A stretch of 64,000 nucleotides of DNA from Octopus vulgaris (lineage: Eukaryota): NCBI GenBank assembly GCA_951406725.2, contig OX597816.1:122636001-122700000 (forward strand), given 5' to 3'. Below are positions 39,381 through 53,806 of the stretch, one piece after another. Under the pieces are notes generated by a model, which searched no databases, had not been told where the DNA came from, and saw only the letters and a list, made by a program, of their open reading frames with translations. Made by a program: the position numbers and the translations under genes. Every line of letters starts with the position of its first letter. Position 1 is the first letter of the stretch.

Positions 39381-40573
39381 GGTAAAATCCAGGTAAATAT
39401 TATTTTGTTTCCTTTTTTCTTCTTCCGTTTAGCGTTCTGTGGTGAAACAACTTGGCTAACTAGATTCACGATTCAGAATTGTCAGGAACTATGTTGTGCA
39501 TACAATTACATTTGGCTCCCGAAAAGTTGGCATAATTTTTAAAACCCCAAAATGTATGATTCAGCTGGGGTCCCAAGTTTCAGTGCAACGATGGATGCGT
39601 TAGCATTTGAAGGGTTATGCTGTTTCCCTCAAACAAGAGCAGAGAAGTCACATCTGATGGCGTATTTGAAATCGGTGCCCCGAATATTTCCAATAAAGGT
39701 GTAAATCTTATGGCAGTGTCATGGCTAGAGGAGTGGAGGTTATATAATGGATTGTATTGAGTCTACAGGAATATTAAAGCAATTTCAGTAGCATTTTATT
39801 GTAATGATAACAGAAGCATAAGAATCAATTTTGAAACCAGTAAGAACAGTCAGAGTATAAAGTGCCACAACTAAATACCACAAGCCATATTTTCTTGCAT
39901 TCTATCGATTATACCATCCACCAGTTTTACCAATTTTAGTGCCAGAGTAGTATAACAGAGTTGATATAATCACCATAGATCTTCTTTCTCCATAAAACTG
40001 TAACTTTGCAATTATGCTAGAAATCTTTTGTCAACTGCGGCAAGATTTAAAAACCAAGTATAGCTGGTCGTCAAAATTTGTTGGCTGCTGCTGTCGATAA
40101 AATGATGTACCCTACCAGTCACTAATTGAGAAGAATACTGCTTGTTGTTTGCCATCTACAAATTCTGGCACTATGTGTATTGTTAGCAATCAGTATAATT
40201 GTATGTGCCATTCTTAATTTGTTTTTCCTATTGTTTAGCAGTATATCAACCTGGACGTGCAGAACTAACATCAAAGACTTTTCTGGTCGAATGACTTCAT
40301 TATTTTCTTTCAAATACTGAACAATGTGTACCATATTATCTAATGTGCCCAGCCATTTTAAGATCATTCATTTGAAGAGGAAGACTTATTTGGCATTTCT
40401 ATTAAAAAGGAGCAGCAACATGCAGGATTTCTTGTATATATATATACATATCTACATATATACAACTAATGTAGGATAAAATTTTTTCGAGAGAAAATTT
40501 TATCAATGGCCAGCACTTAGTGCTTGCTTTTTCCATGGGTATGAGTAAGTATTTCATTTATATCTCACGTATT

Positions 40574-40627
40574 TATTGCTGAAGAGGGGAAAATTCTTAT
40601 GAATTAACCCCGAAATTGGGACCAATA
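40574..40627 (+). ncRNA. type I hammerhead motif, cleavage-site U mutated
   Basis: TATTG-CTGAAGA-GGGG..CCCC-GAAA-TTGGG-AC-CAATA; element ends at (TA)n ~135 bp downstream. Confidence 0.65.
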
Positions 40628-40758
40628 CGGTAATAACGGATTTTTTAGAAATTTCTATCAGTTTGTTTCGAGACGCATAAATTATAATGATTATTGAAAA
40701 TTTTGTCTTTTTTTCGGCATATTTGGCATTAGAATTTTTCTTTTGCCCTTATTTTGTA

Positions 40759-40810
<52 letters not shown>

Positions 40811-40814
<4 letters not shown>

Positions 40815-40975
40815 AGAGTTACACGAAAAAAAAAAAAACAAAGACGAAGACAGGTGGTGTACAAAACAAACAGATGTATTAGTATAACGCTCAGGAATTG
40901 AAAAATTCTTTTACGTTTCGAGCCTACGCTCTTCTACAGAAAGGGACACAGAAAAAAACAAGGAGAGAAAAATAT
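40811..40975 (-). mobile_element. hammerhead-bearing (TA)n-targeted element, family H1 copy 3 (motif 40907-40944)
   Basis: Minus strand CTTT-CTGTAGA-A-GAGC-GTAG-GCTC-GAAA-CG-TA-AAAG; same terminus as 28338. Confidence 0.8.
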
Positions 40976-41008
40976 ATATGTATATATATATATATATTAT
41001 ACACACAC

Positions 41009-41089
<81 letters not shown>

Positions 41090-41462
41090 TGAGCGTGTAT
41101 GTGTGTGTATGTGTATATGCATGCATGTTTGCATTGTAAAGATGGTTGTTTTTGTTGATCATCCTGCAGGACGAAGAATAAAGGTCTGATGAACACAGTA
41201 GACTCAGCGCCCATTCAACAACTGGGATTCAGACACCACTAGTCTTTGTTTAGATATCTTTCTAGAAGGATTAACACCCGCTTCATTGCGAACTTGGAGA
41301 TATTGCTCTTGCTTGTTTCTGGATTTCTTGGTTTTGTAGTCGAGAAGTTTACGCGTCTTTTGAAAGTTGTTATTTACTTTATATTTTAGCACAGTCATTG
41401 TATCTTTCAAAGCACAGTCCAAAGACTGAATGGACATGAATCTGTCTGTCAGTGATGAATTT

Positions 41463-41688
41463 CCTCTTTTACTTGTTTCAGTCATTTGACTGCGGCCATG
41501 CTGGTGTACCACCTTTAGTCGAGCAAATCGACCTCAGGACTTATTCTTTGGAAGCCTAGTACTTATTCTATCGGTCTCTTTTGCCGAACTGCTAAGTTAC
41601 GGGGACATAAACACGCCACCATCGGTTGTTAAGTGATGTTGGGGGGACAAACACAGACACACAAACTCACACACACACACACACACAA
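41463..41688 (-). mobile_element. SINE family A 3' half
   Basis: Tail through to the internal (CA)n only. Confidence 0.85.
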
Positions 41689-41689
41689 A

Positions 41690-42070
41690 ACTATACGCTG
41701 CAGAAATGGCAGGTTGTTATTCCTGCCTAGAAGACAACTGCAGATGGTGAAACGTTGTGTTTGGTTCTCAAGCGTAAGCGCATGTGGAACCGAAATTCCC
41801 CATTTGCATGTTTTCTCAATTTGCTTGAGATGTTAGTGGAGAGTTTTTGCGCCAAGTTTCTGGAACTTTGACGTGGATCCGATGCAACAGTCTCCTTCAA
41901 AATGTCGTCATTCAGAGTGGGTCGCCTTATAGAGCGTGGTTTGTCGGATATGTCACAATTGCCATCTTTAAACCTTTTAAACCACAGCTAACATATACGA
42001 GCTTTCACTACATCCCGATACACTTCACAAATGGTTTTCATTGTTTCTGTAGCAATGTATGTTTACGAAT
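41690..42070 (-). mobile_element. mariner transposase N-terminal fragment (second subfamily)
   Basis: Minus strand ATETMKTICEVY..LWFKRFKDGNCDISDKPRS..SDPRQSSRNLAQKL..VPHALT..QRFTICSCLL..PFLQRIV. Confidence 0.75.
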
Positions 42071-42690
42071 ATAAATATGCCTACTTACATATATGTATGT
42101 GTGCGTGAGTGTGTGTGTATGTATAAAGAGAGAGAGAAAGAGAGAGAGAGAGCGGGAGGGAGAGAGACGTAGCATGGTAGATGAAATAGTTACATTAGAA
42201 TCCTCTATTTACGTAGAACACAAAATAAAGGTTACAGAATAAAGAAAAATAAAGGGAATAAAACAAAACAGAAAAATCGACAGCTGTTTCCAGACGGTCA
42301 TACTTTACGTAATAACCATATTCACATGTAATATGTACATGATATCTAAGGTGTGTGCCATCCGACAAGTCGGAATGAAATTGTAAAATGTAAGTTAGGC
42401 GTCCCTTGTCAACAGCGAAGTGGTAAATATATAGATACGTATGCATATATATGTGAGTATAAACACACAATTACACACTCGCAGACATATGTGTGCGTGT
42501 GTGTAATGCTCTTGTATCTGTGTCTGCGTATGTGTGTGTGCGCGCGTTCGTGAACAACAAAATGAATGAATGCAACTTCGAAGTTTCGCCGAGAATTCTC
42601 GGTAATTTCGAATTACAGTCCTGTTTTATCGAGCTATTTCTTGAGCTAATGCTTAAACTTAAGGAACACATACACCAATTAGTCAATCAG

Positions 42691-42935
<245 letters not shown>

Positions 42936-43402
42936 TTGTCTAATCTATATCTTTCTGTCTGTCTTCTTTGTCTGCCTCTCTCTCTCTCTCACTCTCTCTC
43001 TCTCTATATATATACACACACATATAGTTGTGCATGCATACGCATACACACATTAAAAGACTTGGAGTGAAAAAGAGAGAAAGAGAAAGAGAAAGAGAAA
43101 AAAGGAGACCATGAGAGTGGGAAACAATGAGAGTAACAGACATACACAAAAAAGGAAGATATATTAATTTCGTAACCAAGTCAAAAAATTCAGTAGTTGG
43201 AAATGAAACCCCAACTTTATTTTAGTTCTGTCGTTTTCACAAATTAGATGGTTATTGTAATGACGAGCTATTTAAAAAATTAATAACCCCAACCCCGTTC
43301 GAAAAATAGGGCACACTCCGGGATTATTAGACAAACATATAACCGATAACACAGCATAATAATATATGATTTCTTTAAATTGATATCTTTAATAATATCT
43401 TT

Positions 43403-43834
43403 AATTTGTTTCAGTCATTTGACTGCGACCATGCTGGAGCACTGGCCTCAGTCGAACAAATCGACCCCATGATTTACTCGTTGTAAGCCTAGTGCTTAAC
43501 CTATCGTCCTCTTTTGTTGAACCAAGTTACGGGGACGTAAACACACTAACATCGGTTGTCAAGCGATGGTTGGGGGACAAACACATCGGTTGTCAAGCTA
43601 TGGTGGGGGGACAAACACAGTCACAAAACGCATACATACACACACACATGCACACACACACACACACACATATAATACGACGGGCTTCTTTCAGTTTCCG
43701 TCTACCAAATCCATTCACAAGGCTTTGGTCGGCCTGAGGCTATAGTAGAAGACGCCTAAGATGCCACGCAGTGAGACTGAACCCGGAACCATGTAGTTAG
43801 TAAGCAAGCTACTTACCACACAGTCACTCTTGCG

Positions 43835-43836
<2 letters not shown>
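43403..43836 (-). mobile_element. SINE family A with ~33-bp internal duplication
   Basis: ACATCGGTTGTCAAGC.ATGGT.GGGGGACAAACAC occurs twice. Confidence 0.85.
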
Positions 43837-43884
<48 letters not shown>

Positions 43885-43888
<4 letters not shown>

Positions 43889-44935
43889 GAGCGATCTCAA
43901 GATTAATCAGCCGAAATTGCGAGGATGATCCGGTTCTTGACTGAAAATTGAAGGCTTCGAATGTTCCGTCCGTGTTTTTTGTATCGTCTTCTAAATGTTT
44001 TGCGTTCTTGTTCCAGTTTGTATTTTTTTTACATATACATATATATATATATATTGCGTTCTTGTCCCATTTTGTATTTTTATATATATTTTTTATATAT
44101 ATAATATTGCGGCGTAACGTGCATCTTGTTCCCTTATGTATGTAAGCATTCCTCTATTGTACGACTTCTACACACACTTTCTCTGTACTTCACTAGTCTC
44201 TGTCTTTCTCTTTTCTTACCTCTGATTCTTTGGTCTCCACTTCCCCCACTCTCTCACATTTCTCTGTCTTTCTCACTTTGCACCTCACTGATTCTGTCGC
44301 CAAGCCAATCCTTGGCACGCTCTCTTTCTTCTCCCCCCTTTAATTCCTTCTTTCTCTCTCTTCTCCCCCCCTTTGGTGCCTTTGTCCCTCTTTTTCTCTC
44401 TCTCTTTGATTCCTTTGCCCCCTTTTTTCTCTCTCTTCTCCTCTCACGTGACCGCCGGTCAACTAGCCTTTCGGCTTCTGACCACCGCCACGACAACATC
44501 GTTTTTTTCGTCTGCCGCAAAGGCATTTTTTTCCAAACACGCCAGCTAAGCTAAGTTGAACTGTCTAAAGTCGTAAGACACCCGCTGTTTTTGTCCTGTT
44601 ATTACTTTTATTGTTTTTGTATTTATATTCGTGTGGCATCGTCCGTTTTTCTGTCCTTGTTTCGTATACATTCGATCCTTTTTCCAAGATATCTAATGGT
44701 CGTAGCTTAGATTTTCCTTGGGGCTGGCCGGATCGGAGCGATCTCAAGATTAATCAGCCGAAATTGCGAGGATGATCTGGTTCTTGACTGAAGATTGAAG
44801 GCTTCGAATGTCCTGTCCGTGTTTTTTGTATCGTCTTCTAAATGTTTTGCATTCTTGTCCCAGTTTGTATTTTTTTTTACATATATATATATTGCGTTCT
44901 TGTCCCATTTTGTATTTTTGTATATATTTTCTATA

Positions 44936-44940
<5 letters not shown>
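43885..44940 (+). mobile_element. (TA)n-embedded element with ~210-bp direct terminal repeats (pseudo-LTR-like)
   Basis: 43885-44095 repeats at 44732-44935 (ATCGGAGCGATCTCAAGATTAATCAGCCGAAATTGCG..); no ORF; TA tracts on both sides. Confidence 0.75.
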
Positions 44941-44977
<37 letters not shown>

Positions 44978-45028
44978 TTTATGTACAATATAGTATTTGT
45001 AAAAGATAGATAGATAGATCGATCGATC

Positions 45029-45099
<71 letters not shown>

Positions 45100-46170
45100 T
45101 GATTGATAGATAGGTTAATAGATTGGTTGACTGTGTGATTGTTAGATCTGTTGAGTGATTGATTGGCAGATTGATTGATTTGTATAGGAAGTTCGAACTG
45201 ATACGCATGATATACATGTGTGTCTGTGTGTGCGCGCGAAAGTTACGCCTGTTAAATACAGTACATACAAACGTTCGCGCGCGCACACACACACACACAT
45301 ATATGTGCGAAATGGTTGGGGAGAATTAAACATAAACCCTAAGTTTTTTGAATATGTGACTGGAAGAATGAGAAAGTAAGAAAGAGTGTAAAATGTGCGT
45401 ATTGGATTGTGAAAGGAAAAGAATTGAGTCAGATGAGACTGATATGCTATATAAGGATGTGAGTCTCTTGTTCGTGTGTGTATGTATGTGTGCGTGTGTG
45501 TGTGTGGTGCGTGTATATGGGTGTATATTATGTATGATAGAAAGAGAAGGGTGAATGAAAGCGTGAATGGGGGTGAGGTGTAGACAATCAGAGTTTATGG
45601 AAGTGCGAATGCATGAAAACACATATTAGTTCATATGTATGTGTGTATGCACTAGGATGTCTATTTGTAGCTGTGTGTGTGTGTGTGTGTATGTGTGTGT
45701 GTATGCTTGTAACTGTTAAGGTGCAAAACAATTAGTACACATAGGCACTCACACAAACTCACGAGCACACACACAAACAAACACAATCACACACACACTC
45801 ATTGACTACCTACTCAAACACGTGCCAATAAGGGAGCTTTTACTTAACGTCTTCCCTGCTGCAAAGTACAGAAAAATTCGTTTTTCAAATCATATTTTCA
45901 CTTTCTTTAACAGAAAGTAAAACAAAATGAACAACAACAAAAAAAAAAAAAAAAGATGAAAAGCAGCTCAAAATATAATGCATTTCATTTTATACGGGAA
46001 GGTCTCGTCTGTAATGACTTTCTTCGTATGAATGCTGGATTAGGAATTATATGTGGCGACATATAAACAACATATAGTGACACGTGCAAGCAAACGAAGG
46101 GCACATATATACAGTTAGCAACTTTCACCCTCATATACGCATGCACGTACGTGGGTGCTTCACAACCTGA

Positions 46171-46210
46171 GACCTTGAAGACTGCATAAATGCATGAAAG
46201 TATACTAGTC
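46171..46210 (+). ncRNA. type I hammerhead motif (extra nucleotide in core)
   Basis: GAC-CTTGAAGA-C-TGCAT-AA-ATGCA-T-GAAA-GTATAC-TA-GTC; palindromic stem III AGTATACT; ~170 bp before a TA tract. Confidence 0.6.
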
Positions 46211-46372
46211 CCTTAATATTTGATATTCAATATTTCATCTATTCAATAAGACAATGAATACTTCATTTCATTTTACTATATATGTATTATTTATACTATA
46301 TATTCTATATTCTACATTAATATTATAAAGAATATAAATAAAACATAAAAAGCAGAGTTGGGATTCCTTTGA

Positions 46373-46419
<47 letters not shown>

Positions 46420-46442
46420 TACATATATATATATATATATAT

Positions 46443-46481
<39 letters not shown>

Positions 46482-46509
46482 ATATATATATATATATATA
46501 TATACATAC

Positions 46510-46558
<49 letters not shown>

Positions 46559-46856
46559 CATATATATATATATGTATGTATGTATGTTTGTATGTATGTG
46601 TGTATGTATGTATGTATGTATGTATGTATGTATGTATGTATGTATGTATGTATGTATGCATGTATGCATACATATATATACGTCGAGGCATACGTATGTA
46701 TGTATGTATGTATGTATGTATGTATGTATGTATGTATGTATGTATGTATGTATTGCATCTAGCAAGCGGCGTTGTCCTAGCGTGGCCGCAGTCAAATTTC
46801 TGAAACCAATAAAATCAAAACAAAACACAAACAATTGAGCGATTACAGAGTAATAA

Positions 46857-46942
<86 letters not shown>

Positions 46943-47489
46943 GTCTGTCTAATCGACCATATATCCATACGTGCATATATGTAAATATACAATTATGTGT
47001 GTGTGTGTGTGTGTGTGTGTATAGGTATGCATATATATATGTGTGTGTGTGTGTATAGATGTGCATATGCATATGTTTGTGTTTTATGTATATATATATA
47101 AGTATTACATATGTGTGTGTTACAAAGGAACTTATATTACAGTCTGAGACACATTTTCACGCCCTTACATAAGGAAAACTATAAGTATAATGGCAAACAC
47201 ACATACCCACGAATACTGAGTCAAATATACACGTGCGTGATGTTACATGTGTACAGGTGTACATGCACATGTATGCATCCGTACACGCAAGTACGTAGGC
47301 AAAGTAACGCTGTTACTCACATAAAGACAGATATTCAAACAGTCAGCCGCTAGCTAGTACGTCGTGGAAGTAGGAAAGCAGCAACGCTTTTTCCAATTGA
47401 TTTGTGGACATAAATTTCCTTGCCTTCTCTCAATCTCCGTCCCTTTCTTTTTCTCCCATTCTCAATATTCTCTTTGCTTCACCCGTAGT

Positions 47490-47521
<32 letters not shown>

Positions 47522-47523
47522 GG

Positions 47524-47579
<56 letters not shown>

Positions 47580-47600
47580 ATATAGGTGTATGTATATATA

Positions 47601-47642
<42 letters not shown>

Positions 47643-47748
47643 GTATGTATGCCCCAGCATGGCCACAGCACGTGAGCTGAAACTAGATAAAAAAAAATTA
47701 TGTATTTGTGTATATATATGTATATATATATGCATACGTATATACATG

Positions 47749-47780
<32 letters not shown>

Positions 47781-48584
47781 CGCACACATATATGTGCACA
47801 CACACATACTTGAATACATGTATATTTATACATATATGTGTGTTTTTGAGCGTGTGAATATGTATGACTATATGTGTGTGCGCATATATATATATATATA
47901 CATGTGTGTGTGTGAGTGTGTGTGTATGTGTGTGCGTGTGTGTGTGCGCACCTGTCGTGTATTCACGTAAAGAAAAACTATAATAGGAAACACCTACATG
48001 AAAGTATATTAGACAAACAAGACAAAAAAAAGAAAGAAGGAAAGAAATAAAAAGGTAAGAAGGAAAGAAGGAAAGAAATAAAGAAAGAAAGAAAGAAAGG
48101 GAGGAAGAAGGAATGAAGGAATGAAAGAAAGAAATGAACAACTGGCATGTAAGAAATCACCTCAAAATCAAATGTCCTTAGATTACTCCGAACTTCCTCA
48201 CATGCTCTATTCTTTACTGATTTCCCCACTTCACCTTGAATCAGTTCGTTCTGTGATTCTCTCATTTGGCGTCGAAGGCCTACACTGCCGTGTATCCCAA
48301 ATGGCTTGTTTATAATTACTTCAGTTATAACTATTATTATAACTCCAGAAAAATTCTGGATCTGTGGAGAGTCGCTTATTTGACCTTCTGGTGGCTGTCC
48401 ACTTTTACCCCAGTTGGGATGGTTAACCTAGGGTACATATTTGTTGGTATATACTATCTGTTATTCATTTTCTACTCTTTTCGTTTTATTCAAATAAATC
48501 CTACCCCGCTGCTTTGTATCTCGTGTTTGTAGTGTCCAAGAGTAAGAAAATTATTATTAATTCTATTATTATTATTATTATTAT

Positions 48585-48629
<45 letters not shown>

Positions 48630-48684
48630 CAGCAGCAGCAGTAGCAGTAGTAGTAGTAGTAGTAGTAGCAGTAGTAGTAGAGCT

Positions 48685-48880
48685 GCGAGCTAGCAAAATG
48701 TTTAGCACGCTGGACAAATGATTAGCGGTATTTTGTCCGTCTTTACGTTCTGAGTTCAAATTCCACCGCGGTCGACTTTGCTTGTCATCCTCTCGGAGGT
48801 CGATAAAATAAGTACCAGACACGTACTGTAGTCGATGTAATCGATTGACATATCCACCCACCCGAAATTTCAAGCCTTCT
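48685..48880 (+). mobile_element. SINE family B
   Basis: GCGAGCTAGCAAAATGTTTAGCACGC..GTTCTGAGTTCAAATTCC..GTCGATAAAATAAGTACCAG. Confidence 0.8.
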
Positions 48881-49132
48881 GCTTACACTACAAATTTCTT
48901 TTATTTTTTGTTTTTTTAAATATATGTCATTATATGTAAACTCCCACATTTGATGTTTGTCTTTGTATTGCCTCCTTCGCTCTGGCATATATAAAATCAA
49001 AAAATTATTATTATTTTCTCATTTCATCATGTGTAAACTCCACCACCACCACTTTATGTCTGTCTTTGTATTATCCCCCTCATCCTTCGCCCTGGTGGCA
49101 AATAAATGAAATCACCAGCAACATCATCATCA

Positions 49133-49227
<95 letters not shown>

Positions 49228-49689
49228 GAGTGAGAGAGCAGTGCATGCCATCAAAGTGACACTGGGGTACAAATATACGAAGCCCAGTATATCCATCATG
49301 ACTACCCGTCTGATAAGGGTACACCAGGCACATGCATCACAACCATATGTGCACGACATGGTGATCTCATAACAAGATAAACAGCGCATGACCTTGCGGG
49401 TGGGGCCCAGTTAGAATTTTCTTCTGGTTGGGTAACCCATCTCGCTCTAAAGGTCCCTGATTAAGGGTTGTTTAAGGATGTTGAATGAACCACCCATGTT
49501 TCCAGAGGTGAATCATTCAAACCCCAAAGAATCCCTCTCAACACATGGCTATGATGCTCCCCCACTACTTCTACTCGTGATCAGAGATGCACATATCGTC
49601 AGCCACTAAGGGACATGCTCAACTGGTTACGGTCAAACAAATGACAAGCAAATATGTGGTATTGAGCTGAATATTTACTGTAGCCCATC

Positions 49690-49691
<2 letters not shown>
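49228..49691. mobile_element. ~465-bp non-coding element inserted within (TTA)n
   Basis: GC-richer block flanked directly on both sides by long perfect TTA tracts. Confidence 0.6.
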
Positions 49692-49754
<63 letters not shown>

Positions 49755-49980
49755 GTGGTGATCGGGGTTGTAGTGGAAGGAGTAGTAATAGTAGTTGACC
49801 TCCTTCTCCTCCTCTGCCACCTCCACTTCGTCCTCCTTTTCATCATCATCATTGTTGTCGCTAATCTTCATCTTTATCATCGTTATTTCGTGGTTGTGTT
49901 GTAATATTTTAAAACTTGTGGCGTGTTCTGTCACTTCATCATCTGCGACGAGCCCTTGGGTGCCGAAATGTGCATTTGTG

Positions 49981-50043
<63 letters not shown>

Positions 50044-50044
50044 A

Positions 50045-50082
<38 letters not shown>

Positions 50083-50780
50083 CGATGATGATGATGATGA
50101 TTTTTTATTTACCACCAGGGTGAAAAATGAGGGGAATAATACAAAGAAAGATGTCAAGTTTAGGGGTTTACATACAATGAAATGTGATAGAATAAATATA
50201 TATATGAAAATAAATGTATAGAAAGTATAGACAGTATAAAACAAGACAGAGAAGAGAAGCATACATGGTATACTATAGTAAAACTAAAATAAAATAAAAG
50301 TGTGTGTGTGTGTGTGTGGGGGTGATGATGATAGTGTTGGGGTCCTCCTCACACAAGAGGACCTCTAGGGGTAATCGTGTAATTCCTTGAACAGCAAGGG
50401 CAGGTGCCCTCTTTAATTCCTGTTCTGTTGATATTCTTGTTGTTGATGTTGCTGCTGCTGCTGCTGCTGCGACTGCCGCTGCTGCTGTTGCTGATGATGA
50501 TGGTGGAGGTGGTGGTGGTGGTGATGTTATTACTGCTGTCATTTCTGATGCTTGGTAATGACTGAAATGTCTGGTGTGTCAGTTTGATTCTTACTATATA
50601 TGTTTGATGGGTCAGTTAGTTAGTTAGTTAAACGACAATACCCTTGTCAGTTAGCCACGTCTCTCCTTTTCCTCTCACCTCCTTGTCTCCTTCTTCTCCT
50701 ATTTTTTTCTACTGTCTGTCGGTATGTTTCTCTTCCCCCTTTTAGTCTGTCCATAATTCCCTCCTTCTCTCTCTCTCTCA

Positions 50781-50838
<58 letters not shown>

Positions 50839-51349
50839 CAATTTTTATCTTTCTCATGCACACTTACACACACACTCACACACACACACACGGACACACA
50901 CACACGCGCGCACACAAACATACGCACACAGATACGCATAATTGCCACATTTACGCTTTGAGTTTATTAATCGAGTCACTACTACATTTGATCGCTTTTC
51001 GCCTGCTTCCTTCACTCCTACACTCTTTCCCGCACAGTGTCTCCATCTGTCTGTCTACCTGCTTGTCTGTTTGTCTGTCCATCTCTGTGCGTCTCTCTTT
51101 CTTTCTTTCTTCCTTCCTTTCTCTCTCTCTCTCTCTCTCATTTATACTTTCACTTTCTGGCAAACTGCTTCTTTGTGTCTCGGGCATATTATATCTAATA
51201 CACATATACACCCAGTTCTCTCTCTCCCTCTACTTCTCTCTGTCTCTCTGTCGCTGTTTCTCTCTTTCGTTCACTCTCCCGCCTATGCATTTTCTACCAT
51301 TCGTACTGCCACCTGTTTTCGGCACTCGCGTTACACTGACCGTACAGCA

Positions 51350-51837
51350 CAATAACAACAACCGCCAAGTCACAACTGCTGCCATCATTACAACGCTCTT
51401 TCTACTAGCACACCGCTACCATCAGCATCATGCAACTACAATTACGGCCATCAGCCCCTTACATCACAACCACCATAGCCCTGCTAACTTTACATTAATA
51501 CCACTACAACCACCGCCAACAACAACAACAACAGCACTACCTCCACTACAATACCAACACTATCACATTACAATTAGGCACTATCACTCCAAACACCTGT
51601 TCCCACCCTAGTACTAACACCTTACCGCTTCTATTACCTCGACTGCCACCATCACCACCATCGCTACTTTAACCTTGGTATCATTAATACGATCACAAAT
51701 TGCTAAAACAAGAACAACAAAGAGAACTTAGTAGGAACCAACAAAATAAAAGTAACAACAAAAAAACACACATTTAAACCGAACGAAAACAAGCTTTATC
51801 AACAACTAACGCAAGACTACCACGACCACTACCATTT

Positions 51838-51885
<48 letters not shown>

Positions 51886-51968
51886 AACAATTACTAAAGC
51901 ACTACAGCAGGGATCACCATCACCACTAGAAGCCACTGCAGCATTGAAAACATTATTACAACTAATAC

Positions 51969-52001
<33 letters not shown>

Positions 52002-52330
52002 CATCAGCAGTAGTAGTAGCTTTACCAAAAGCTAGCACCACTATCGACACATTATCGATACCACCGACAGCAGTATCAACAACACCAACAGTAACAGAAC
52101 CATTAACCAACATTACTATAACTAGTATTAGCGCCACTACTATCACTACTACAATTACTACCACCATTGTCACTACCATCACTACCATTACCACCACCAC
52201 CACCACCACACACGCAAAAGAAAAAAAGAAAAAATTCCAGCGCGACCATTACCACTTTCACTACGGCTACGACGACTACTACCACCAACACTCGTACCAA
52301 CATCACCATTTCCAGCCACGTCAACACCAG
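51350..52330. repeat. (ACT/ACC/GCA/CAA)n low-complexity tract
   Basis: Trinucleotide runs generating poly-T/A/V pseudo-ORFs. Confidence 0.75.
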
Positions 52331-52889
52331 GTGTCAACAAAATGGGGACTTCCGAATATGGTGCGGTATTTTTCTATTGTTTACCAAAATGCCTTAGATG
52401 AAATAGAAAGTTCCTCGATTTGTGTACAAAAGAAGGAATGTATGTATACAAACGAGGAACAACCGGTGTATATTTATACATACTTTTATATATATGTATG
52501 TGTACATCTACACATGTATGTATATATGTATATCTATGTACGTATGTAATGTATGTACGGAAAGCCCTTACGCCAAAAACCTTCTCTATTCTCACACGGT
52601 CCACCACATGCTTACAAACAAAATACTCACATAGACACACTCACACAAACAACATAGATGAGTACTCGCTCGCACATTCATGCAAACACAATCAAACATA
52701 TGCGTGTATATATGTGTTTTGTATAAATTGTATGTGTACATAACAATTAACCCGTTGAAATCGTTTTACTGACGCTAAAAGTTTGACAAGTTCCTATCAT
52801 GGTAATTTCTTCATAACGAGAACGACTTCCATTATTCTAAATTCTCATCCTCGTCCTTTCTCTTTCACCACATTTTCTCAACGTTGTTG

Positions 52890-52967
<78 letters not shown>

Positions 52968-53806
52968 CTGGTGTTATTGTTGGTTCAGTTTGTTGTTGTT
53001 AACGCGCTGTATTGGATTTGGATGCTTACTTGGAAGTGTTGAAGTTCGCTTATATTACTAACACTTATAGAATGGAATGAACGGCACCTCTTCTGATATG
53101 CTGCCACTAAAAACAGAAAAATAAAGCAAACTTTTCATGGTCTGTACTTGTGTAAGAAAATCAAAAACAGCAAACACCATATCTTTTTTAACACGTTTTG
53201 AAAATTTAATTTGATATTTTCCTGTACGTATTATTTTTCTATTTCACCTGAACCGGTCGTTTTTGACAGACGTTATTTACATCAATGTTTAACTGAAGTC
53301 TTTTCCGAAAGTGTTTTCTTACCTGTTACTACCACAGCGGTTGTTTTGCTTGGCTGACTTGATAACCATAGCAATAGAAAGAGGGGGGAAAAGTGAGAGA
53401 GAGAAAGAAAAATCAGAAAGATGAAGTGAGAGGAAAGGAGGAAGAGTAAAAGAGAGTAAGAAAAAAATAAAGAAAGAAGAATGACAGAAGAACAATATAA
53501 AACAAGAGTAGCTAACTGAAGAGCAGGAAGTAGAAGTAAATAGAAAAGTGAAATAGTAAGAGTGAGTGAAGAAGTCGGACAGGCAGACTGACAACGAGGT
53601 GGTTGAGAAAGATATAGACAATAAGAGAGAGAGCGAGGGGAAAACGAGAGAGTATGTATGTGTGTGTGTATATATGCCAGAGAGCACGAGGGAATGAGAG
53701 TCAAAAAAGGATGAGAAGGAAAATAGTGAAAACAACAGACCTTCTGTGAACAGGAGGACAGGAGTATTACAAAATCCTGACTTGTTTCCCTCCCAAACAG
53801 AATGAA

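Noticed and set aside
40122-40367. 81-aa minus-strand ORF
   Set aside because: No recognisable motif; likely decayed TE or chance
41160-41200. CTGATGA near GGACGAAG
   Set aside because: No GAAA or paired stems in hammerhead geometry
51944-52549. 201-aa Ala/Thr/His-rich ORF upstream of the receptor exon
   Set aside because: Built from trinucleotide repeats, non-ATG start, runs into microsatellite
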